In this document: positions 50,694-59,880 of the stretch, in pieces | How the letters are laid out: the number at the start of each line of letters is the position of its first letter | Position numbering within the stretch: the stretch's first letter is position 1 | Assembly: GCA_004431415.1 (NCBI GenBank) | Contig: QPMI01000148.1 | Coordinates: 41,782-105,781 of the forward strand | Source of the DNA: Cyanophora paradoxa CCMP329 | Lineage: Eukaryota > Plantae > Glaucophyta | Direction of reading: 5' to 3' | DNA: 64,000 nucleotides | Program-made: the position numbers and the translations under genes | The notes under the pieces: model-generated | What the model was told of the DNA's origin: nothing | The model's database searches: none | Seen by the model: the letters and a program-made list of their open reading frames with translations, nothing else

Positions 50694-53600
50694 ATGGGCG
50701 GCTGTCGTAGCAAACAGAGGTGGATCCCGGCGGAGGGCAGGCTGTGCCTGGCGTGGGAGGGGCGGACGGAGTGGCCGGCGGCGGAGATCGCGGCGGCGGG
50801 GGCCGAGCTCGCCAAGCTGACGAACCTGGAGGGGCTGTGGTTGAACGGCAACCAGCTTACGGCGCTGCCGCCGGAGATCGGCCGCCTCGCCGCCCTGAAG
50901 GAGCTGTACGTGCACAGCAACCCAGTCGTGGATTCGTGGCCCAAGCCCGTCCGCCGCGCCGTCAACGAGAACACCGGTATGCTGAACAAGAAAAACGGTG
51001 CTGCGCAGTGCGCCGCCGTCGTGGCCTACCTCCGCTCCCTCCCTGCCCCCGCCCCCGCCGCCACGGTGCGCACCGCCGCCCCGCCCCCGCGCCCTGCCCC
51101 TCACCTCCCGCTGCAGCCCGCCCCCGCCGCTTTGAGCGATTCCGCGGCCTCACCCGCCGCCCCGGTGAGGCTCCCCGCCTCCGACCCAACCCCGCGCCCC
51201 TCACCCCTGCCCCGCAGCCCGCTTCCGCCCCGGCCCCCCCGCCGCCCCGGCCCCTCCGCCAACCGGTCCCCGCATCCCCTCTGTTCGCCCCTGTGTCGCC
51301 GGCCCTCTGACGCCTTCCCGTCGTGCAGCGGCGCCCGCCGCTGGAGGCGCGCCCGCCCCCGTACCCGCCTCGGCCACCGCCCGCCCCCGCCCGCCGAAGC
51401 GGTGCGTTCCGCGCCGCCGCGGTGCGTCCCTCTGCGCCTCCTCCCGCGCGCGCCCGCCCCTCACCTCTCCTCGCAGCCCGCCCCCGTGCCCTCGTCAGCC
51501 CAGCGCTCTCCCGCCGCCACGGCCCCTCCAGCCCCCCCCGGTCCGTGGACGCCTTTTCGCGAGCTCTTCTTTTGCCTTCTGGTGCGAGCTCATGTGCAGA
51601 GACCTCGGCGTCACCGGCAGCTTCTCTCGCCACCGTCGCCGTGGCGCCTGCTGCTGCAGCAGCCTCGCCCCCGGCCGCTCTCACCGCCGCCGCCCCGGCC
51701 GCCCCCGCCCCGGCTCCCGGTCCGTCCAGACGCCCCTCCCGCTTCCTTCCTTCGTTCCGATGCTTCCTGCAGCGGTGCCCGCCTCGCCTGCCGCCACCGT
51801 CGCAGCCTCGCCCGCCGCCGCAGCGCCGCCGCCGCAGCAGCCTCGGCCTTCTGCCGCCGCGGTGAGCCGTGTCGCACCGCCTCTACAAAACTCGCCCCTC
51901 ATGATGACCTCCTGCCGCAGCCCGCCCCCGCTGCCTCGGCCCCGCTTCGGCCCCAGAGTTGGGGGTCGTTCCCTGGAGACCGGAAATTTGACCTGTCAGA
52001 AGAGAGGCGGACGGAGTGGCCGGCGGCGGAGATCGCGGCGGCGGGGCCGGAGAACGTCTTGGAGCTCAACCTTGACGGAAACAATCTGTCACGTATCCCT
52101 GGGGCCGAGCTCGCCAAGCTGACGAACCTGGAGAAGCTGTTCTTGAACCGCAACCAGCTGACGGCGCTCCCTCCAGAGATCGGACTTCTCTCCTCCCTGC
52201 GGGAGCTGCTCGTGTTCACCAACAAGCTGATGTCGCTGCCGCCGGAGATCGGCCGCCTCACGGCTCTGAAGCGCCTAAACGTGGCCGACAACCGGCTGAC
52301 ATCGCTCCCTGTCGAAATCGGCAGCATCCCCGCAATGAAAGAGCTGAACGTGAATGGAAATCCTCTCAAGGACATGCCGGAGCTGCGCGGCAAGGATGAC
52401 GAAGCTGCCCTCGCTTACCTCCGCTCCCTCGCCCCCGCCGTGCGCCCCGCCTCGCCGCCCCCACCCTCGCGGCCGACCCTAATTTCCTGCTGCAGCCAGC
52501 CCCCGCTGCCCCGCCCACCCCGCACCCTGCCGCCGCTGCAGCCGTTGGAGCGCGGGACCCGCGGGGCATGCGCATGGCGGACGTGTGCGAGTGGCTGCGG
52601 TCCGTCGAGCTCGGGGACCTCGCCCCGGCCTTCGAGAGGCACCGCGTGGACGGCAAGATGCTGCTGGAGCTGACGGAGGGCGACCTTCAGCGCGAGCTCG
52701 GCGTCGAGTCGGGCCTCGTCCGCCGCCGCGTACTCAAGGAGGCGCGCCCGCCCCCGCCCCGCCGCCCCGCGCCCGGCCCGGCTGAGGCCCCCCCGCCAGA
52801 TCGCTGACCTCGCGAGGGAGCACGGCCTCGCCAGCGCGGCGCCGAGCGCGCCCCGGGCCCGTCCGCAGAGCGCCGCCGCCGGTCGCGTCCCGCCGCTGCC
52901 CCCGGGCTACGAGTTTCACGCCTTGTGCGCCGCCGTGCCCAGTTGAACTTCTTTCGCCCGCCCCTGAGGCCCGCGCAGCATCACGTACCGGCGGCTGGAC
53001 GGGAAGAACCTCCTCGCGTCGCTTGTGCGTGAGGCGTTGGACAAGCTCGGGTGCGGCCACAGGTGCCCGCCTCGCGCCCTGCTGCCCCTGACGCGGCGGA
53101 AGCTACAAGGTCTTCTTCGACCTGCAGACCCTCCAGGGCGGCGTCTTCGACTCGAAGATCCTTGAGAGCCTCCGCCGCTCCTGCTGCGACGGCGCGCCCC
53201 GCCGGCGACCCCTGCCGCGCCCGCCCTCCCGCCACCGCCCCCCCCCCCCCCCCCGCCCCCCCCCCCCCCCTCCCTCTCCCCCCTACCCGCTCTGACGCCC
53301 GTGCGCAGTCTTCGTGCTCACGCCGGGCACTCTCGACCGCTGCTTCGAGGACAAGGCCCCCTCGGCCGCCCTCTCTAACGACTGGTTCCGCCCGCCCGGC
53401 AGCGCCGCCCCCCGCACCTCCCCCGCCGATCGCTGGGCGGGGCGCGACGCAGGGTGCGGAAAGAGATCGCGGAGGGGTGCCGCCTGCGCAAGGCGATCAT
53501 CCCCTTCGTGGACGACCCGGCCCAGCACTTTCCCGCCTGCGACGGCCTCCCCGCCGACATGGCCGCGTTCTCCCGCCACAACGGTCCGCCCCGCGCTCAC

Positions 53601-53839
53601 GTCCGCCCGAGCTTTCAAGTGTCGATCCGCGCGCTGCTGACGCCTTTTCGGCCGCAGCGGTCTTTTTCAACAACATGTACCAGCAGGCAGTCATCGCCCG
53701 CCTCTGCGCCCTCATCGACGCCGCCGTGGCCGACGCCGCCGTCCGCCCTTCCTCTCCCCCTTTCGAGGCGCCCGCTGCCGGCCGCTGACGGGGCGCGCAT
53801 GCGCAGCCGTTCGAGGAGCTGCCGGCCCCCCTCGCGTAG
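50694..53839 (+). CDS. LRR array copy D: N-terminal acylation motif, LRR-linker-LRR-SAM-TIR (SARM1-like)
   Basis: MGGCRSK start; LRR block 1 (two strands); Pro/Ala linker exons; LRR block 2 (five strands, about 51955-52430); SAM MRMADVCEWLRSVELGDLAPAFERHRVDGKMLLELTEGDLQRELGVESGLVRRRVLKE; TIR FHAFITYRRLDGKNLLASLVREALDKLGYKVFFDLQTLQGGVFDSKILESL...VLTPGTLDRCFED...DWVRKEIAEGCRLRKAIIPFVD...LPADMAAF; ends PFEELPAPLA*. Linker splicing not fully resolved. Confidence 0.85.
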
Positions 53840-54725
53840 ACCCGCCCCGCCGCCTCTGAGGCCCCAAGCCCTGCCCAGCCCGGAGCGCCCGCGGCATTCC
53901 ACGTTCGTTCGGAAGTCAGCAGCTAGCTGCAACAGTGGGCAGCGCGTGCAGGCGGCCTATCGAAGCTCAAGATTCGTTGATAGTTCAAAGCGTTTCACTG
54001 CGAAGATGAAATTCGATGTAAATGCATGTGTAGCAGAACGTGGTTCGAAGCTTGAAATCTCAGATACGAGTAACCTGGCCGCTGCCGGCAGGCCCGTGCC
54101 CCCTCGCCCCTTCCATATGCACCCCCCGGCTCCCCGCCACCCCCGTCGCCCCCGCCTCGCCGGCTGCACATGCCCCGGGCCCTCCTCTTTTGCAATGAAA
54201 GGAGCACATATACACATAATAAAAATTTGTAATAATGATAAAAAATGAGAGTACCCCCATCGGGGTGGGCCCGCCCTCTTTGCAACCCTCACCTCTCCGG
54301 ACACACCCCAACCCACCCACTCCGACGCCTTCCCAGCCCTCATTCTCCTCCACCCCTCCGCTATGTCTACTGCCCTCCTCTCCCTCTGGTCTACCTCCCC
54401 TCCATCCAGCAACCGCTAGGTAATATCTAACGTCTAGACCAAGCGATCTTGCAAAAGATATAGCAGTGAATTGAGGCGGGCCCCCAAACGCGCCGGTCTG
54501 CAGAGACCTCCTAGAGCTCTCTATCGGAATAAGCTAGACGTGATTGATGTGTACAGAGAAGCTAACTGCCGAAACGCAATCCAGCTCTAGCTTGAGGTCT
54601 ATCTAGGTGTTAACTGCGTCACCACAATCGAGGTTTCGTCTATTTTGTCTTAAAGAGATCCCTAACCATATTGCTATGTGAAGTTGCGTTTGGAACAAGC
54701 AAAAAAATTGTGATATATACTTCCA

Positions 54726-57700
54726 ATGGACGTTACCCAGAATAATGCAGCGACTCGGCGCTTCCGGTTGGCCAGAATCAAAGACCAGATCGAAGCGCTC
54801 GCGATATCATTGTATAATCGACGCGTCATACATTGGGCCTTCAAAAATAAATTGATTAGAATTTCAGCACAAGGCTCGAGAACACGTTTTGCAACATTGG
54901 AAAAGTACGCTTCACTCTTGAACGAACTTGCAAGACTTCCTAGACCAGCGCGTCCAGTGTCAGGTCTTCGACTCGAGCTGGCGATTGCTGAGGGCCAGGC
55001 CGACATTGTTCGAGGGTTCTCAGAATTACCTGAGGTTGACGGTGGAGATGATGTTCAAATCAACGGCGGGACTACGACTACAGCGCTTGACGGGCGATAT
55101 GCGGAGTGGAAATACCAATTGCCTCGCGGTTCTGGCCGCGTAACCTCGATGCAAGCCCGATTTGAGAACAACGAACTTTTCAAACAGAACGCAATAGCAT
55201 TCGTTGGCGCCCAGGTAAATCTTGCAGAGGCGGTAAGAATGGGCATTGCACTACAAATCTCTGGATTAGCGGTATACAGAAAGCCAGAGACTGATACAAC
55301 AATTGCAATCATTATTGAGCATCGCCGTTTCGATCGCATCGAGCCAGGGGCAAGCATCGAGACTGCTCTGCGCTCACAGCTGGAAGAACTAGACATTCTT
55401 GCGACAGAGAAAAGCAGGGATTCCTCAGTTTTCGACACATGGATACATCTGGTCTTTAAAACTGTGCGATACTTCCGCCGCATGGGTGGTCGTGGACGTA
55501 GGTTCACACTCCCGCGGTGGCTTGTGGAGAAGCAGGCACTCATCAATATCGATGCTCCGAACAATGAATGCTTCAAGTATGCTGTACTTGCAGCTCAGCA
55601 TGCGCTACGACCGGGCCAGGATTCACGCAGTGCTTGTCATTATCGACCGTATGAGAGCTCTTTGGACTGCACTATGCTCACATTTCCCACCCCGCTAGAT
55701 TCAAAGGTTTTCAAAAAGTTCGAGCAGGCTAACAACGTAAACCTATGTATTTATACGACAGCATTAGATGAACAGGACATTGTACCAATCCATATCAGCG
55801 CAGCAAAAGACGCAATACCAATCTTGTATGTACCTGCAGGCAGCGACAATGATGTAGGGCATTATCTCTGGATCAAGAACATCTCACGTCTGTTTGGAAA
55901 ACATGATTCTCCCGCCAAACACTATTGTCTTGCGTGTCAAACAGGTTTTAGCTCAGGTGCTGCGTTTGAAAATCATCTTAAATATGACCGTTGCCTCGAT
56001 CGAGACGAGCATGCGAGAGATGTTCTGCCGAAAAAAGGAGCCCACATCCAGAAGTTTATTAACTATGAGTACTCAATCCGGCAACGTCTGGTCGGATATG
56101 CTGATTCAGAGACGATTACAATGCCTATTCCCTGCATTAGTGGAAAGACCGAAAACAAAGGTGTGCATGTGATTGCTTCAGTCGGCTGTCTGGTTGTATC
56201 TTCGAAAGGTGAACAGTTTTGTTTCAAATACATGGGTTCGGAGAGCGAGGACTGCGCTGAGAAGTTCGTGCAATGGTTGGACGAAATGGAACCACAATTT
56301 CGAGAGCTCTTGCGAGAGACTGCACCAATCCAGATGACTCAGGAAGAGAAGCAGCGTTTTCAAACGAGGACCGAGTGCTACATGTGCACGGACACGTTCA
56401 AGGATGCGAAAGACAAGCACCGCGATCACTGCCACGATTCTGGACGATACCTCGGGGCCGCCTGCAGAGCGTGCAATCGGCGTCGCGCAAAGGCAGCAGC
56501 CGTTCCAATATTCTGGCACAATGGTCGAGGATTTGACTTCCACCTGCTCGTGCGCGCTCTAGCATCTGGCTATAACCGCCGTTTAGCAGCTTGGAAGGAG
56601 TTTCAAGCATATGTCGAAAGCGAGTTTGAAAGCAAGTACGGTGGACGTGAGATGACCCCAGAGCAGAAAAAGAAGGCGAAGAAGGGGATCGAACGCCGGC
56701 TCCGCCCGCAGAGTCTCCTTTCGATAAAATTCGATCAGGTCTTCCAGAATAGCGAGCGAATTTCGCAGTTCAAGTATGGAATTTACGTTCTACGGGACTC
56801 GGCTCAGCACTTGAATGCGAGCTTGGACGATCTTGCAAAGGCTCTGCCCGCGGAGAAGAAGAAGATCACGCGCTCGCTGCATCTGGACGAGACTCGGTTC
56901 AAGCTTATGACTAGCAAAGGGATTTACCCTTATGATTACATGACAAGCTGGGCTCGCTTTCAGGAGCCTAAACTGCCTGCACGTCGTTATTTCAAAAATC
57001 AGCTTAAACAGAAGAAATGCACGAAAGATGAGTACGCACATGCGAAGGCTGTTTGGCGAGAGCTCGGCTGCAGAACGCTATCAGACTATACAATGGAGTA
57101 TATGATGACAGATATCACGTTACTAGCGGACGTTTTCGAAAACTATCGTGATACGTGTATTGAAACGTATGGCCTAGATCCTAGCTATTTTATGTCATCG
57201 CCGGGATTTGCTTGGCAGGCAGCACTTAAGCACACTGGAGTGAAGCTCGAGCTCTTTCACGAGGGGCAGCAGGATATGCACAGATTTATAGAATCGGGGA
57301 TCAGGGGCGGAATCTCAATGATCTCAAAACGCTACGCACAAGCTGAGAACAAATATTTGAGCATAAAGTTCAACAAATACACCCACGCTGTTGAGCCTAC
57401 AGTCTCACAGTCTACATGCATGTCTAACTACTACCGAACACACAAGGAATCGTGGCTCATGTACCTCGATGCAAACAACTTGTACGGCGTCGCAATGAAG
57501 CGCAAGCTACCCACAGGAGATTTCCGCTGGGATAAACTAGATCAAGACGTCGATGTTATGCAATACGTTGCAAGCCTTGACGCGGATGGAGCTCGTGGCT
57601 ATGCTCTCGAAGTCGATATGTACATGCCTGAGCATCTCCACGACGAGTTCTCAGACTATCCGCTGGCCCCTGAACGGATGTGTGTGTCCAAGGAACACCT

Positions 57701-57971
57701 ATCAAAGCGCCAACAGGATATGATTAACGACGAGAAGCTTTCCTCAGTTGAACGAACTCCAAAGCTCGTTCCGAATCTGCTTCCAAAAAAGAATTATGTT
57801 GTTGATGGACGCTTGCTTCAGCTCTATACGTCACTGGGAATGATAGTAACCAACATCCATCGGGTCCTATCGTACGAACAAAGCGCATGGCTAGGGCGTT
57901 TCATAGATCTCAATACTCAAAAACGTAACACTAGTAAAAACCACCCTGGTTCGTATCGAAGAGAATCTTAG
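54726..57971 (+). CDS. polB: Polinton/Maverick (adintovirus-like) family B DNA polymerase with endonuclease VII insert, C-terminally truncated
   Basis: Intronless 1081-aa ORF with much lower GC than host genes. Motifs: INIDAPNNECFKYAV, HYLWIKNISRL, ExoI YADSET, EndoVII-like HRDHCHDSGRYLGAACRACN, ExoII HNGRGFDFH, KGIYPYDYM, ExoIII YMMTD, IRGGIS, motif A YLDANNLYG. Motifs B (KxxxNSxxGK) and C (YxDTDS) are absent; homology ends at about 57928. Confidence 0.9.
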   Translation: MDVTQNNAATRRFRLARIKDQIEALAISLYNRRVIHWAFKNKLIRISAQGSRTRFATLEKYASLLNELARLPRPARPVSGLRLELAIAEGQADIVRGFSELPEVDGGDDVQINGGTTTTALDGRYAEWKYQLPRGSGRVTSMQARFENNELFKQNAIAFVGAQVNLAEAVRMGIALQISGLAVYRKPETDTTIAIIIEHRRFDRIEPGASIETALRSQLEELDILATEKSRDSSVFDTWIHLVFKTVRYFRRMGGRGRRFTLPRWLVEKQALINIDAPNNECFKYAVLAAQHALRPGQDSRSACHYRPYESSLDCTMLTFPTPLDSKVFKKFEQANNVNLCIYTTALDEQDIVPIHISAAKDAIPILYVPAGSDNDVGHYLWIKNISRLFGKHDSPAKHYCLACQTGFSSGAAFENHLKYDRCLDRDEHARDVLPKKGAHIQKFINYEYSIRQRLVGYADSETITMPIPCISGKTENKGVHVIASVGCLVVSSKGEQFCFKYMGSESEDCAEKFVQWLDEMEPQFRELLRETAPIQMTQEEKQRFQTRTECYMCTDTFKDAKDKHRDHCHDSGRYLGAACRACNRRRAKAAAVPIFWHNGRGFDFHLLVRALASGYNRRLAAWKEFQAYVESEFESKYGGREMTPEQKKKAKKGIERRLRPQSLLSIKFDQVFQNSERISQFKYGIYVLRDSAQHLNASLDDLAKALPAEKKKITRSLHLDETRFKLMTSKGIYPYDYMTSWARFQEPKLPARRYFKNQLKQKKCTKDEYAHAKAVWRELGCRTLSDYTMEYMMTDITLLADVFENYRDTCIETYGLDPSYFMSSPGFAWQAALKHTGVKLELFHEGQQDMHRFIESGIRGGISMISKRYAQAENKYLSIKFNKYTHAVEPTVSQSTCMSNYYRTHKESWLMYLDANNLYGVAMKRKLPTGDFRWDKLDQDVDVMQYVASLDADGARGYALEVDMYMPEHLHDEFSDYPLAPERMCVSKEHLSKRQQDMINDEKLSSVERTPKLVPNLLPKKNYVVDGRLLQLYTSLGMIVTNIHRVLSYEQSAWLGRFIDLNTQKRNTSKNHPGSYRRES

Positions 57972-58200
57972 TGTTCGCCACTATGCAAAACGGAATCTGC
58001 CATAAGAGATCGAACTCTTTTGTATGGCGAACTCTGTGAACACTCTGCTAATTAGTACTGTAAGTATGCGACGGTCCAGAGTTCGAAGACGAGAGTTCGC
58101 GACTTCGAGCAGAGTTCGAGCGCAGCGTTCCCGAGTTCGCTGCATAGTTCGGCTGCAGAGTTTGACCCGAGTTCGAGAGATCGGCTGCAGAGTTCGCTCT
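57929..58200 (+). mobile_element. Probable left end of a CACTA/EnSpm-type transposon interrupting polB
   Basis: CACTAGTAAAAA begins where PolB homology stops, followed by clustered subterminal repeats in both orientations (gaactc early, then many (g)agttcg). The right end was not found in the window. Confidence 0.6.
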
Positions 58201-58589
58201 ATTTATAGAACAGCGATGCGCGCCGGGCGCCCGCCCCGTGCGCGCCGCCCCGCCCGCCCGCTCGCCATCCAGCAGCCCCGGCGCATAGCAGGCATGCATA
58301 CGGAAGTCCTGCAACACTTAAAACATCGCGCCGCCCTCGCGGCCGCTTGCTATTGCTACCGGAAGCTACCACTAGGAAAAGAATTCTAGCGCAGGTATGC
58401 GCGCCCAGCCGCGCCTGCTCCGCCCGTGCACGCCTCCAGCGCCGCCCGCGCCCTCGCCCGCTCCGCCCGCGCCCACTCTGCTCCGCTCGTGCGCGCCCGC
58501 TCCGCTCGCGCACGGCTACTCCGTCGTCGCACACCCCGAGTTCCACGTAATCCTGCAAAGGGGATACATAAGGCGACGGAGCGGGAGGG

Positions 58590-59880
58590 GGAGTACAGGC
58601 ATCTAGACCTAGGGCCCCCTTCGGGCCCGCGCGGGAGGGGTACGCCACCGCCGTCGCCTTCGGACCAAGGGCCGATGGGCCCTTGCCCGAAGGCGGCAGC
58701 GAAGGCGTACCCCCACCGGGGGCCCGGAGGGAGCGCGGGGGGCGGGGTACGGGCATCTAGACCTAGGGCCCCCTTCGGGCCCGCGCGGGAGGGGTACGCC
58801 ACCGCCGTCGCCTTCGGACCAAGGGCCGATGGGGGGCCACTTGCCCGAAGGCGGCAGCGAAGGCGTACCCCCACCGAGGGCCCGGAGGGAGCGCGGGGGG
58901 CGGGGTACGGGCATCTAGACCTAGGGCCCCCTTCGGGCCCGCGCGGGAGGGGTACGCCACCGCCGTCGCCTTCGGACCAAGGGCCGATGGGGGGCCACTT
59001 GCCCGAAGGCGGCAGCGAAGGCGTACCCCCACCGGGGGTCCGGAGGGAGCGCGGGGGGCGAGGTACGGGCATCTAGACCTAGGGCCCCCTTCGGGCCCGC
59101 GCGGGAGGGGTACGCCACCGCCGTCGCCTTCGGACCAAGGGCCGATGGGGGGCCACTTGCCCGAAGGCGGCAGCGAAGGCGTACCCCCACCGGGGGCCCG
59201 GAGGGAGCGCGGGGGGCGGGGTACGGGCATCTAGACCTAGGGCCCCCTTCGGGCCCGCGCGGGAGGGGTACGCCACCGCCGTCGCCTTCGGACCAAGGGC
59301 CGATGGGGGGCCACTTGCCCGAAGGCGGCAGCGAAGGCGTACCCCCACCGAGGGCCCGGAGGGAGCGCGGGGGGCGGGGTACGGGCATCTAGACCTAGGG
59401 CCCCCTTCGGGCCCGCGCGGGAGGGGTACGCCACCGCCGTCGCCTTCGGACCAAGGGCCGATGGGCCCTTGCCCGAAGGCGGCAGCGAAGGCGTACCCCC
59501 ACCGGGGGCCCGGAGGGAGCGCGGGGGGCGGGGTACGGGCATCTAGACCTAGGGCCCCCTTCGGGCCCGCGCGGGAGGGGTACGCCACCGCCGTCGCCTT
59601 CGGACCAAGGGCCGATGGGGGGCCACTTGCCCGAAGGCGGCAGCGAAGGCGTACCCCCACCGGGGGTCCGGAGGGAGCGCGGGGGGCGAGGTACGGGCAT
59701 TAAGACCTAGGGCCCCCTTCGGGCCCGCGCGGGAGGGGTACGCCACCGCCGTCGCCTTCGGACCAAGGGCCCCCGCGATTGGGGGGCGCCTTCCCCGAAG
59801 GGGCCAGCGAAGGCGTACCCCCACCGGGGGGCCCGAAGGGAGCGAGAGGGTGGAAGTTTGGGCCGGGGCGGGGTACGGGT
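58590..59880. repeat. Tandem array of 154/158-bp units, about eight copies, each a long imperfect hairpin
   Basis: catctagacctagggccc recurs at about 58600, 58754, 58912, 59070, 59228, 59386, 59540 and 59698 (the last a variant). Confidence 0.95.

Noticed and set aside
40068-53839. Calling the LRR-TIR genes TLRs, NLRs or SARM1 orthologues
   Set aside because: No signal peptide, transmembrane helix, P-loop NTPase or ARM repeats are seen; only the TIR is SARM1-like.
58590-59880. CRISPR-like array
   Set aside because: Units are near-identical throughout with no unique spacers; eukaryotic context with no cas genes.
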